Virus genome (UHGV): UHGV-0108017
DNA from: a virus
DNA length: 25,586 bases
Strand: one strand, 5' to 3'
Both the position numbers and the translations under genes were made by a program. The notes below the pieces were generated by a model. That model had not been told where the DNA came from, ran no database searches, and saw nothing but the letters and a program-made list of their open reading frames with translations. Positions 14,662-24,237 of this stretch are shown one piece after another; within the stretch, counting starts at the first letter, position 1, and each line of letters begins with the position of its first letter.

Positions 14662-16199
14662 TGGGCCGTATTCTGGATATTTCCGGGCAGCCGTTTGATT
14701 TTGACGATGAAATGCAGACCCGCAGCGATGAGCTGGCAATGGTCATGAAGCGCACGCAGGAGCATCCTTCCAGTGGTGTGACGCCGAACCGGGCCGCGCA
14801 GATGCTGCGTGATGCCGAACGCGGTGATCTGACCGCACAGGCTGACCTGGCCTTTGATATGGAAGAAAAGGACACCCACCTTTTTTCCGAACTGAGCAAG
14901 CGCCGCCTTGCCATTCAGGCGCTGGAATGGCGCATCGCTCCGGCACGTGATGCCAGCGCACAGGAGAAAAAAGACGCCGACATGCTGAATGAATATCTGC
15001 ATGATGCGGCGTGGTTTGAAGATGCCCTGTTTGATGCCGGTGATGCCATTCTCAAGGGTTATTCCATGCAGGAGATTGAATGGGGCTGGCTGGGCAAAAT
15101 GCGCGTGCCGGTGGCGCTGCATCATCGCGATCCGGCGCTGTTCTGCGCGAACCCCGATAATCTGAACGAATTACGTCTGCGTGATACGTCTTATCACGGG
15201 CTGGAGCTGCAACCGTTCGGCTGGTTTATGCACCGGGCCAAATCCCGCACCGGGTATGTTGGCACCAATGGCCTTGTGCGCACGCTTATCTGGCCTTTTA
15301 TTTTTAAAAACTATTCCGTGCGTGATTTTGCAGAGTTTCTGGAAATTTACGGACTCCCCATGCGCGTCGGTAAATATCCGACCGGCTCCACAAACCGTGA
15401 GAAAGCCACGCTGATGCAGGCCGTGATGGATATCGGGCGACGTGCCGGTGGCATTATTCCGATGGGGATGACGCTGGATTTTCAGAGCGCCGCAGATGGT
15501 CAGTCAGACCCCTTTATGGCGATGATTGGCTGGGCAGAAAAAGCGATTTCAAAAGCCATTCTTGGCGGCACCCTGACCACAGAGGCTGGCGATAAAGGTG
15601 CACGGTCGCTGGGTGAAGTGCATGATGAGGTTCGCCGGGAAATCCGTAACGCGGATGTGGGCCAGCTTGCCCGCAGTATTAACCGTGACCTGATTTATCC
15701 CCTGCTGGCACTGAACAGTGACAGCACCATTGATATTAACCGCCTGCCGGGCATTGTATTTGATACCAGTGAAGCGGGTGATATTACGGCACTGTCTGAC
15801 GCCATTCCGAAACTGGCGGCGGGAATGCGTATTCCGGTCTCCTGGATACAGGAAAAACTTCATATTCCACAGCCGGTCGGTGATGAAGCCGTGTTTACTG
15901 CTCAACCGGTTGTCCCGGATAACGGTCCGCAGAAAGAGGCCGCATTATCCGCTGAAGATATCCCGCAGGAGGATGATATCGACCGGATGGGCGTCTCACC
16001 GGAAGACTGGCAGCGTTCGGTTGATCCCCTGCTGAAACCCGTCATTTTTTCTGTGCTGAAAGATGGCCCGGAAGCCGCCATGAACAAAGCCGCTTCATTA
16101 TATCCGCAGATGGATGATGCAGAACTTATCGACATGCTGACCCGTGCCATTTTTGTTGCCGATATATGGGGGCGTCTGGATGCCGCAGCAGACCATTGA
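14661..16199 (+). CDS. portal protein (Mu gp29-like)
   Basis: 512 aa directly after the terminase with TAATG overlap; conserved position and size. Confidence 0.75.
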   Translation: MGRILDISGQPFDFDDEMQTRSDELAMVMKRTQEHPSSGVTPNRAAQMLRDAERGDLTAQADLAFDMEEKDTHLFSELSKRRLAIQALEWRIAPARDASAQEKKDADMLNEYLHDAAWFEDALFDAGDAILKGYSMQEIEWGWLGKMRVPVALHHRDPALFCANPDNLNELRLRDTSYHGLELQPFGWFMHRAKSRTGYVGTNGLVRTLIWPFIFKNYSVRDFAEFLEIYGLPMRVGKYPTGSTNREKATLMQAVMDIGRRAGGIIPMGMTLDFQSAADGQSDPFMAMIGWAEKAISKAILGGTLTTEAGDKGARSLGEVHDEVRREIRNADVGQLARSINRDLIYPLLALNSDSTIDINRLPGIVFDTSEAGDITALSDAIPKLAAGMRIPVSWIQEKLHIPQPVGDEAVFTAQPVVPDNGPQKEAALSAEDIPQEDDIDRMGVSPEDWQRSVDPLLKPVIFSVLKDGPEAAMNKAASLYPQMDDAELIDMLTRAIFVADIWGRLDAAADH

Positions 16200-17499
16200 T
16201 CTGGCGTATGCCGCACGCCTCCCGCCAAAGGAGGCTGTCGCGTATTTCCGCGCCAAAGGCTACAACATCACCTGGAACTGGTACGAACAACTGGCAGACG
16301 CGCACGCCCGCGCCTTTACCGTTGCCAAAGCCACCCGGATGGATGTCCTGACCACAATCCGTGAGGAAGTGGAGCGGGCTGTCAGTGAAGGCATCACCCG
16401 TGAGGAATTTACCCGCACACTGGCCCCCCGGCTGCAAAAACTCGGATGGTGGGGAAAACAAATCATCGTGGATGCAGAGGGAAACGCAAAGGTAATCGAG
16501 CTGGGCAGTCCGCGTCGTCTGGCAACCATTTATAACGTCAATACCCGTACGGCGTATGGGGCAGGACGTTATGCGCAGATGATGAATACCGCAGATTTGT
16601 ATCCGTACTGGCAGTATGTTGCCGTTATGGATGGCAGAACACGCCCGGAACATGCGCGGCTGCACAATATGGTTTTCAGGTATGACGACATTTTCTGGCA
16701 GACGCATTACCCGCCCAATGGCTGGAACTGCCGCTGTCGCGTCCGGGCGGTGTCTGCGGCCCGCATGAAAGAACTGGGGCTACAGGTCAGTTATGGTGCG
16801 TCATTCATGAACACCCGCGAAGTGGATGCCGGTACGGATGAAAGCACCGGAGAGATTTTCCGCACATCGTCAACCACATTTGACAACGGTCGGGTAAAAA
16901 TGACGCCGGATGTAGGCTGGTCATATAACCCTGGTTCGGCGGCATTTGGTACGGATCAGGCACTGATTCGAAAACTGGTGGAAATTCACGACGCGCAGCT
17001 GCGTGAGCAGGTTGTGCAGACACTGAATAACAGCCGGGAGCGTCAGCTTGCTTTTTCCCTCTGGCTTAAACGCCTGGCAGGATCACGTCAGGCCGGTCAT
17101 GAAATCCGGGCGCTGGGTTTTATGACGGGATCCGTGGCTGAAGCCGTATATCAGCGCACCGGGAATATGCCAGCCCGTTTGCTTGTAATGAACGGGAAAA
17201 GTCTGGCGACCACTGCTGATGCCGCCCTGAAACCGGAAGATTTACAGCGTCTGCCGTCGCTGATGGCAAAACCACAGGCGGTATTGTGGGACAGGGAGAA
17301 CCACCAGTTGCTGTATGTTGTGGCAACCCGCGACGGCACTGCAAAAGTTGTGGTCAGAACATCGCAGGCTGTCAGCAAACAGAATGACCGGGCGGATGTG
17401 CTGGTCAGTATCAGCCGCGTATCTGCACTGTCGCTTGAAGCCGCGATTGCTGACGGGATGATTGACATACTGGAGGGGCATGTGGAGGTGAATAAGTGA
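16180..17499 (+). CDS. F: head morphogenesis protein (Mu F / gp30-like)
   Basis: Motifs resembling the Mu F family (RTRPEHARLHNMVFRYDD...PPNGWNCRCR); ATG 16180 preferred over the GTG at 16144. Confidence 0.75.
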   Translation: MPQQTIDLAYAARLPPKEAVAYFRAKGYNITWNWYEQLADAHARAFTVAKATRMDVLTTIREEVERAVSEGITREEFTRTLAPRLQKLGWWGKQIIVDAEGNAKVIELGSPRRLATIYNVNTRTAYGAGRYAQMMNTADLYPYWQYVAVMDGRTRPEHARLHNMVFRYDDIFWQTHYPPNGWNCRCRVRAVSAARMKELGLQVSYGASFMNTREVDAGTDESTGEIFRTSSTTFDNGRVKMTPDVGWSYNPGSAAFGTDQALIRKLVEIHDAQLREQVVQTLNNSRERQLAFSLWLKRLAGSRQAGHEIRALGFMTGSVAEAVYQRTGNMPARLLVMNGKSLATTADAALKPEDLQRLPSLMAKPQAVLWDRENHQLLYVVATRDGTAKVVVRTSQAVSKQNDRADVLVSISRVSALSLEAAIADGMIDILEGHVEVNK

Positions 17500-17966
17500 G
17501 TCTTGATATGAACGTTGCCGTGGATGTGCGACGTATTCAGCTTGCACTGGATGAACTGGGAACCGTTACACGTGACCGCGCCATTCCCCGTGTGATGGCT
17601 GCGGCGCTGCTGTCATCCACGGAACAGGCATTTGAACGGCAGGCAGACCCGGATACAGGGAAAGGCTGGGAAGCGTGGAGCGATTCGTGGCTGGCATGGC
17701 GTCAGGATCATGGTTTTGTTCCGGGCAGTATCCTTACCCTGCATGGCGATCTGGCACGCAGCATTACCACCGATTATGGACAGGATTATGCCCTGATTGG
17801 TTCGCCAAAAATTTATGCTGCCATTCATCAGTGGGGCGGTACACCCGATATGGCACCCCGCCCGGCAGGCGTTCCTGCGCGTCCTTATATGGGGCTGGAT
17901 AAGACCGGGGAACAGGAAATTTTTGATGCCATCAGAAAACGCGTCAGCACCGCTCTGAGGCAATAA
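17496..17966 (+). CDS. G: virion morphogenesis protein (Mu G-like)
   Basis: GTG start 5 nt after GGAGGTG; 156 aa; position between F and I. Confidence 0.65.
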   Translation: MSLDMNVAVDVRRIQLALDELGTVTRDRAIPRVMAAALLSSTEQAFERQADPDTGKGWEAWSDSWLAWRQDHGFVPGSILTLHGDLARSITTDYGQDYALIGSPKIYAAIHQWGGTPDMAPRPAGVPARPYMGLDKTGEQEIFDAIRKRVSTALRQ

Positions 17967-18162
17967 ACAGAATCAGGCATAAAATCAGCCGCACAGATTT
18001 TTTAAAACGCGCCACGGGATTTTTAAACCGGTATTTAACGGTGTATGAATCCCGTTTTATCTTCCTTCCACTTTCTTTCTCCAGTACTCAAATAGCATAA
18101 CCCCAGATTTTCCCGCACCTCCCGCAAACTGACTGCTCATAAACCATGATGAGCAGCAGGAC
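17967..18162. promoter_or_regulatory. G-I intergenic region: candidate late promoter (P_I) and candidate strong gyrase site
   Basis: 196-bp non-coding gap, unusually long for this genome. Inverted repeat ACGGGATT (18015-18022) / AATCCCGT (18049-18056); direct repeats GATTTTT(T)AAA; ATAACCCC and TCCCGCACCT (18111-18120). Confidence 0.45.
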
Positions 18163-19248
18163 ATGAAAAAACACGCGATTGGCATTGCCGCACTGAGTGC
18201 GCTGTCCATTGACGATGACGGCTGGTGCCAGCTATTGCCTGCCGGTCATTTCAGTGCCCGTGATGGTCGTCCGTTTGATGTGACAGGCGGTCAGGGGTGG
18301 TTCATCGACGGTGAGATTGCCGGGCGTCTGGTTGAAGGCGTTCGCGCGCTCAACCAGGACGTGCTGATTGATTACGAGCATAACCAGCTACGTAAGGACA
18401 AAGGATTACCCCCGGAACAACTCGTCGCGGCTGGCTGGTTTAACGCCGATGAAATGCAGTGGCGTGAAGGTGAAGGATTATTTATCCACCCACGCTGGAC
18501 GGCGGCGGCCCAGCAGCGCATCGATGACGGCGAATTTGGTTATCTCTCTGCGGTTTTTCCGTATGACACCGACACCGGTGCAGTGCTGCAAATCCGCCTT
18601 GCTGCGCTGACCAATGACCCCGGTGCCACCGGCATGAAAAAGCTGACCGCACTGGCGGCAGACCTTCCCGACATCCTTCAACAGGAGAACAAACCCATGA
18701 ATGAAACGCTGCGCAAGCTGCTTGCGCGTCTTGGGGTGACGGTCCCCGAAAATGCAGACATCACCGATGAACAGGCCAGCGCGGCCCTGAGTGCGCTTGA
18801 TGCGCTCGAAACAGATGCCGGAAAAGTGGCGTCGTTATCCGCCGAACTGGAAAAGGCACAGAAAGCCGCCGTTGACCTGACGAAATACGTCCCGGTGGAA
18901 AGCTACAACGCCCTGCGTGATGAACTGGCACAGGCGACTGCACAAAGCGCCACAGCCAGCCTGAGCGCCGTTCTGGACAAGGCGGAACAGGAAGGCCGCA
19001 TTTTCAAAAGCGAACGCACTTACTTGGAACAGCTTGGCGGTCAGATTGGCGTGGCGGCACTGTCGGCACAGCTTGAGAAAAAACAGCCCATCGCTGCGTT
19101 ATCTGCCATGCAGACCACCACAGCGAAAATCCCGTCGCAGGAAAAACCGGCGGTGGCGGTGCTGTCTGCTGATGAACAGGCAGCAGTGAAGGCGCTCGGC
19201 ATTACTGAGGCTGAGTATCTGAAAATGAAACAGGAACAAGAAAAATGA
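18163..19248 (+). CDS. I: prohead protease / scaffold (Mu I-like)
   Basis: 361 aa; N-terminal region resembling the Mu I protease family; Ala/Glu/Gln-rich helical C-terminal half consistent with a nested scaffold domain. Confidence 0.75.
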   Translation: MKKHAIGIAALSALSIDDDGWCQLLPAGHFSARDGRPFDVTGGQGWFIDGEIAGRLVEGVRALNQDVLIDYEHNQLRKDKGLPPEQLVAAGWFNADEMQWREGEGLFIHPRWTAAAQQRIDDGEFGYLSAVFPYDTDTGAVLQIRLAALTNDPGATGMKKLTALAADLPDILQQENKPMNETLRKLLARLGVTVPENADITDEQASAALSALDALETDAGKVASLSAELEKAQKAAVDLTKYVPVESYNALRDELAQATAQSATASLSAVLDKAEQEGRIFKSERTYLEQLGGQIGVAALSAQLEKKQPIAALSAMQTTTAKIPSQEKPAVAVLSADEQAAVKALGITEAEYLKMKQEQEK

Positions 19249-20162
19249 TTGTCACCCCGGCATCCATTAAAGCCCTGATGACCTCCTGGCGTAAGGATTT
19301 TCAGGGCGGTCTTGAAGACGCCCCGTCGCAGTACAGCAAAATTGCAATGGTGGTGAACTCTTCCACCCGCAGTAATACCTATGGCTGGCTGGGTAAATTC
19401 CCGACCCTGAAAGAATGGGTGGGTAAGCGAACCATTCAGCAAATGGAAGCGCATGGCTACTCCATCGCCAATAAAACGTTTGAAGGCACCGTGGGTATTT
19501 CCCGTGATGACTTCGAGGATGACAATCTGGGTATTTATGCGCCGATTTTTCAGGAGATGGGCCGTTCTGCGGCAGTTCAGCCGGATGAGCTGATTTTTAA
19601 ACTTCTGAAAGATGGCTTTACCCAGCCCTGCTATGACGGTCAGAACTTCTTCGACAAGGAGCATCCGGTATATCCGAATGTGGATGGCACGGGCAGCGCG
19701 GTTAATACCTCCAACATCGTTGAGCAGGACAGCTTCAGCGGTCTGCCATTCTATCTGCTGGACTGCTCCCGCGCAGTCAAACCGCTGATTTTCCAGGAGC
19801 GCCGCAAACCGGAACTGGTCGCACGAACCCGTATCGATGACGACCACGTTTTTATGGATAACGAGTTCCTGTTTGGTGCCAGCGCCCGCCGTGCTGCCGG
19901 TTACGGCTTCTGGCAGATGGCTGTCGCGGTAAAAGGCGATCTGACGCTGGATAACCTCTGGAAGGGCTGGCAACTGATGCGCTCTTTTGAAGGTGATGGC
20001 GGTAAGAAGCTGGGCCTGAAGCCGACACATATCGTTGTACCGGTCGGGCTGGAAAAAGCCGCAGAGCAACTGCTTAACCGTGAACTGTTCGCGGATGGCA
20101 ATACCACCGTCTCCAACGAGATGAAGGGCAAGCTGCAACTGGTTGTCGCTGACTACCTGTAA
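19245..20162 (+). CDS. T: major head subunit (Mu T-like)
   Basis: 305 aa; ATGA-coupled to I; N-terminus MIVTPASIKALMTSWRKDFQGGLEDAPSQY matches the Mu T family as recalled. Confidence 0.8.
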   Translation: MIVTPASIKALMTSWRKDFQGGLEDAPSQYSKIAMVVNSSTRSNTYGWLGKFPTLKEWVGKRTIQQMEAHGYSIANKTFEGTVGISRDDFEDDNLGIYAPIFQEMGRSAAVQPDELIFKLLKDGFTQPCYDGQNFFDKEHPVYPNVDGTGSAVNTSNIVEQDSFSGLPFYLLDCSRAVKPLIFQERRKPELVARTRIDDDHVFMDNEFLFGASARRAAGYGFWQMAVAVKGDLTLDNLWKGWQLMRSFEGDGGKKLGLKPTHIVVPVGLEKAAEQLLNRELFADGNTTVSNEMKGKLQLVVADYL

Positions 20163-20170
20163 CCGTCATT

Positions 20171-20196
20171 AAAAGGCGGTTCAGACCGCCTTTTAA
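20171..20196 (+). terminator. rho-independent terminator / attenuator after the major head gene
   Basis: Stem AAAGGCGGT (20172-20180) / ACCGCCTTT (20185-20193), loop TCAG, followed by TTTTAACC. Confidence 0.6.
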
Positions 20197-20228
20197 CCTG
20201 ATTTAAAGGAAAAGGAGGAGCATGTGTT

Positions 20229-20639
20229 ATGTCAGGCACTTCGCTTAATTCACAACGGCTGGACACTTCTCGCATCACTTGCACGGCGATTATTAAATGC
20301 CTTCGTCCGGTCTACCGCCGCGCCGGAATCGCCTTTACGCGTGGCGAAAACACCGTGGAAGTCACCGAAGAACAACTGGCGATCATTCGTGCCGACAGCG
20401 TGCTGTCTGTGGTATCTGCATCGTCAGCAGAAACGCTCGCTGAGGCTGGGGGGCTGGACGTTCTGGGTGTGGGCGATCTGAATACCCGTATCCGTGCGAC
20501 CGTTGCCGGTCTGGATAAGGCAAACCCGGAGCACTTTACCGCAGGGGGAGAACCCAAAGTGAAAGCCGTCAGTGCGGCGCTGGGGGAACCGGTGAGCAGT
20601 GCGCAAATCAAAGCGGCGCTGGTTGAGGCGGATGCATGA
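20229..20639 (+). CDS. hypothetical head/tail structural protein (Mu gp35-like position)
   Basis: 136 aa, AGGAGG upstream; conserved position after the major head gene. Confidence 0.5.
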   Translation: MSGTSLNSQRLDTSRITCTAIIKCLRPVYRRAGIAFTRGENTVEVTEEQLAIIRADSVLSVVSASSAETLAEAGGLDVLGVGDLNTRIRATVAGLDKANPEHFTAGGEPKVKAVSAALGEPVSSAQIKAALVEADA

Positions 20640-21061
20640 ATTACGCGACGGTAAATGACCTGTGCGCCCGCTATACACGTACGCGGCTGGATATTCTCAC
20701 CCGCCCTAAAACAGCGGACGGGCAGCCGGATGATGCCGTGGCAGAACAGGCACTGGCAGATGCTTCGGCCTTTATTGATGGTTATCTCGCCGCACGCTTT
20801 GTTCTGCCGCTTACAGTCGTCCCCTCACTGCTGAAACGGCAGTGTTGCGTGGTGGCCTGGTTTTATCTGAATGAATCACAACCCACCGAGCAGATCACCG
20901 CTGCCTACAGGGACACAGTGCGCTGGCTGGAACAGGTGCGCGATGGCAAAACAGATCCCGGCGTGGAAAGCAGGACGGCAGCCTCGCCGGATGGTGAAAA
21001 CCTTGTGCAGGTGCAGTCTGACGCGCCGGTCTTCTCACGAAAACAGAAGGGGTTTATCTGA
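20636..21061 (+). CDS. hypothetical head-tail joining protein (Mu gp36-like position)
   Basis: 141 aa, ATGA-coupled. Confidence 0.5.
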   Translation: MNYATVNDLCARYTRTRLDILTRPKTADGQPDDAVAEQALADASAFIDGYLAARFVLPLTVVPSLLKRQCCVVAWFYLNESQPTEQITAAYRDTVRWLEQVRDGKTDPGVESRTAASPDGENLVQVQSDAPVFSRKQKGFI

Positions 21062-21609
21062 TGCTGGAAGAAACCGAAGCCGCACTGCTGGCGCGCGTTC
21101 GTGAGTTGTTTGGGGCAACCCTGCGGCAGGTGGAACCCCTTACCGGCACATGGACTAACGAGGATGTGCACCGTCTCTTTCTGGCCCCGCCATCGGTATT
21201 TCTGGCATGGATGGGCTGTGGTGAGGGGCGTACGCGTCGGGAAGTTGAAAGTCGCTGGGCATTTTTTGTCGTGGCGGAGTTGCTGAACGGGGAACCGGTA
21301 AACCGGCCCGGTATTTATCAGATTGTGGAGCGACTGATTGCCGGTGTTAACGGTCAGACGTTTGGCCCGACCACCGGGATGAGGCTGACGCAGGTCAGAA
21401 ATCTTTGTGACGACAACCGTATCAATGCCGGTGTGGTGCTTTACGGCGTTCTGTTCAGTGGCACAACCCCGCTGCCGTCCGTGGTGGACCTGGATTCGCT
21501 GGATGATTACGAGCGTCACTGGCAGACCTGGAAATTCCCGGACGAAACCCCGGAATTTGCCGCACATATCAATGTGAATCAGGAAAAGGATCATGATGCT
21601 GAAAATTAA
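21061..21609 (+). CDS. hypothetical tail-completion protein (Mu gp37-like position)
   Basis: 182 aa, translationally coupled on both sides. Confidence 0.5.
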   Translation: MLEETEAALLARVRELFGATLRQVEPLTGTWTNEDVHRLFLAPPSVFLAWMGCGEGRTRREVESRWAFFVVAELLNGEPVNRPGIYQIVERLIAGVNGQTFGPTTGMRLTQVRNLCDDNRINAGVVLYGVLFSGTTPLPSVVDLDSLDDYERHWQTWKFPDETPEFAAHINVNQEKDHDAEN

Positions 21610-21799
21610 ACCCGCAGCGGGAAAAGCCATCCGTGACCCGCTCACGATGAAATTACTGGCTCCGGAGGGAGAAGAAAAGCCCCGTAACAGTTTCTGGATA
21701 CGTCGCCTTGCAGCCGGTGATGTGGTTGAAGTCGGGAGCACCGAAAACACGGCGGATGATACCGACGCTGCGCCGAAAAAACGGAGTAAATCGAAATGA
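21593..21799 (+). CDS. small hypothetical protein (Mu gp38-like position)
   Basis: 68 aa, basic C-terminus, immediately upstream of the sheath gene; alternative start ATG 21596. Confidence 0.45.
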   Translation: MMLKIKPAAGKAIRDPLTMKLLAPEGEEKPRNSFWIRRLAAGDVVEVGSTENTADDTDAAPKKRSKSK

Positions 21800-23283
21800 G
21801 CGATATTTCATTTAACGCGATCCCGTCAGATGTTCGCGTTCCTCTGACGTATATCGAATTTGATAACAGCAATGCCGTCAGCGGAACACCGGCTCCCCGC
21901 CAGCGCGTGCTGATGTTCGGGCAAAGCGGAAGTAAAGCCAGTGCCGCACCGAACGTGCCTGTCCGTATCCGTTCCGGCTCACAGGCCAGTGCGGCATTTG
22001 GTCAGGGTTCCATGCTGGCACTGATGGCAGATGCATTCCTGAACGCTAACCGCGTGGCGGAGCTGTGGTGTATCCCGCAGGGAAACGGCACCGGTAATGC
22101 TGCTGTCGGTGAAATCTCACTGTCAGGAACTGCAGGCGAAAACGGCTCGCTTGTGACCTATATTGCCGGTCAGCGACTGGCGATATCCGTCGCAGCAGGT
22201 ACAAAAGGGGCTGCGCTGGCTGACCTACTGGTTGCCCGAATCAAAGGCCAGCCGGATTTACCGGTGACGGCAGAAGTTCGCGCAGACAGCGGAGATGATG
22301 ATACCCATGCGGACGTGGTTCTGAGTGCAAAATTTACGGGTGCATTATCTGCCGTGGATGTGCGCTGGAACTATTACGCGGGTGAAACCACCCCTTACGG
22401 GATTATCACGGCATTCAAAGCCGCCTCCGGGAAAAATGGCAACCCGGATATCAGCGCAAGTATCGCGGGAATGGGCGATCTGCAATACAAATATATTGTG
22501 ATGCCCTATACCGATGAACCGAACCTGAATCTGTTACGCACTGAATTGCAGGAACGCTGGGGACCGGTCAATCAGGCTGATGGCTTTGCTGTGACAGTGC
22601 TGTCCGGCACGTATGGGGACATTTCCACGTTTGGTGTCAGCCGTAATGACCATCTGATTTCCTGTATGGGGATTGCCGGTGCACCGGAACCGTCATATCT
22701 GTACGCCGCCACACTGTGTGCCGTTGCCAGCCAGGCGCTTTCCATCGACCCGGCGCGTCCACTCCAGACGCTGACGTTGCCCGGAAGAATGCCGCCTGCG
22801 GTGGGGGATCGTTTCACCTGGTCAGAACGTAATGCGCTGCTGTTTGACGGCATCTCCACGTTTAACGTGAATGATGGTGGTGAAATGCAGATTGAACGCA
22901 TGATCACGATGTACCGCACAAACAAGTACGGTGACAGCGATCCGTCTTATCTGAACGTGAATACCATCGCCACGCTGAGTTATCTGCGTTATTCGCTGCG
23001 AACCCGCATCACGCAGAAATTCCCGAACTACAAGCTGGCAAGTGATGGCACCCGCTTTGCCACCGGTCAGGCCGTGGTGACGCCATCCGTGATCAAAACG
23101 GAGCTGCTGGCACTGTTTGAAGAATGGGAAAACGCCGGACTGGTCGAGGATTTCGACACGTTCAAAGAGGAGCTGTATGTGGCACGTAACAAGGACGACA
23201 AAGACCGTCTTGATGTGCTGTGTGGCCCGAATCTGATTAACCAGTTCCGCATTTTCGCGGCACAAGTTCAGTTCATTCTGTAA
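21796..23283 (+). CDS. L: contractile tail sheath protein (Mu L-like)
   Basis: 495 aa with GGAG RBS, followed directly by a ~118-aa tube-sized gene; classic sheath-tube pair. Confidence 0.8.
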   Translation: MSDISFNAIPSDVRVPLTYIEFDNSNAVSGTPAPRQRVLMFGQSGSKASAAPNVPVRIRSGSQASAAFGQGSMLALMADAFLNANRVAELWCIPQGNGTGNAAVGEISLSGTAGENGSLVTYIAGQRLAISVAAGTKGAALADLLVARIKGQPDLPVTAEVRADSGDDDTHADVVLSAKFTGALSAVDVRWNYYAGETTPYGIITAFKAASGKNGNPDISASIAGMGDLQYKYIVMPYTDEPNLNLLRTELQERWGPVNQADGFAVTVLSGTYGDISTFGVSRNDHLISCMGIAGAPEPSYLYAATLCAVASQALSIDPARPLQTLTLPGRMPPAVGDRFTWSERNALLFDGISTFNVNDGGEMQIERMITMYRTNKYGDSDPSYLNVNTIATLSYLRYSLRTRITQKFPNYKLASDGTRFATGQAVVTPSVIKTELLALFEEWENAGLVEDFDTFKEELYVARNKDDKDRLDVLCGPNLINQFRIFAAQVQFIL

Positions 23284-23292
23284 GGAGCATTT

Positions 23293-23649
23293 ATGGCTGG
23301 AAATCAGCGTCAGGGGGTGGCGTTCATCCGTGTCAATGGCATGGAGCTTGAAACGATGGAAGGTGCCTCCTTCACACCTTCCGGCATCACCCGTGAAGAA
23401 GTGACCGGCTCGCGGGTTTATGGCTGGAAAGGTAAACCACGTGCCGCAAAGCTGGAATGCAAAATTCCGGGCGGTGGTGATATCGGTCTGGATGAAATCA
23501 TCGGCTGGGAAAACATCACGGCAGAGTTTCAGGCAGACACCGGTGAAACCTGGATGATGGCGAATGCCTGGCAGGCAGATGAACCGAAAAACGACGGCGG
23601 CGAAATTTCGCTGGTACTGATGGCAAAACAAAGCAAACGCATTGCATAA
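23293..23649 (+). CDS. M: tail tube protein (Mu M-like)
   Basis: 118 aa, AAGGAG RBS 5 nt upstream, directly after the sheath gene. Confidence 0.75.
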   Translation: MAGNQRQGVAFIRVNGMELETMEGASFTPSGITREEVTGSRVYGWKGKPRAAKLECKIPGGGDIGLDEIIGWENITAEFQADTGETWMMANAWQADEPKNDGGEISLVLMAKQSKRIA

Positions 23650-23658
23650 GGGGAAACA

Positions 23659-24093
23659 ATGGACGAAATGAATTTAGGTCCTGAAGCACAGGAACTGCAT
23701 GACAGCATTGTGGCAGAAATTCAGTCCGGCGTGCTGAAACTGAAAGACGGCCTGCCGTTCGGCACCGGTGACGAGACTGAAATGCAGTATGACGTGACAC
23801 TGCGTGAACTGACCGCAGGCGATCTGATTGATGCCCAGGCGGCTGCTGAAAAGCTGGTAATGAGCAAGGAAGGCCCGGTGCTGGTCAGTTCCCCGTCCCG
23901 GATGGGACTGGAAATGCTGCGCCGACAGATTGCCAGCGTGGGTTGCATCAAAGGCCCGTTATCGCTGGCGCTGATGCGCAAGCTGTCTGTTGATGACTTC
24001 CAGCGTCTGTCGCTGGCTACAGAGATGCACGACATGGCTGTGGCGGCATCGCTGACGCAAGAACGGGGGCGAGTGGCTGCGGTGCCGGAATGA
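23659..24093 (+). CDS. tail assembly chaperone-like protein (Mu gp41-like position)
   Basis: 144 aa between the tube and tape-measure genes; AAGGGG RBS. Confidence 0.5.
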   Translation: MDEMNLGPEAQELHDSIVAEIQSGVLKLKDGLPFGTGDETEMQYDVTLRELTAGDLIDAQAAAEKLVMSKEGPVLVSSPSRMGLEMLRRQIASVGCIKGPLSLALMRKLSVDDFQRLSLATEMHDMAVAASLTQERGRVAAVPE

Positions 24094-24237
24094 TATTGAG
24101 AAAGCGGCGACAGCGATTGGCGTTATTCTGAAAAGTGGCCCGGAATGGGCCTTGTCTCTCCCGCTGTCCCGCTTTTTCCGGCACTGCCAGCAGGCTAAAA
24201 CCCTCTCTCAATATCACCGTTAAATCAGGAAATCTCT

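Noticed and set aside
17967-18162. Possible anti-CRISPR / aca insertion between G and the protease gene
   Set aside because: The gap contains no ORF with an RBS; the only ATG-initiated frame encodes 16 aa. It is better explained as regulatory DNA.
19041-20138. 365-aa minus-strand ORF antisense to the major head gene
   Set aside because: Overlaps the recognisable T-like gene; no RBS or operon context on the minus strand.
20905-21750. 281-aa minus-strand ORF antisense to tail-completion genes
   Set aside because: Same reasoning: antisense to coupled late genes, composition consistent with a chance ORF.
22822-23631. 269-aa minus-strand ORF antisense to the sheath and tube genes
   Set aside because: Antisense to the sheath-tube pair, which have strong RBSs; no support as a real gene.
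24017-24217. 66-aa minus-strand ORF in the chaperone/tape-measure gap
   Set aside because: Arg/Ala/Pro-rich with no RBS; overlaps the 3' end of the chaperone gene antisense; likely spurious.
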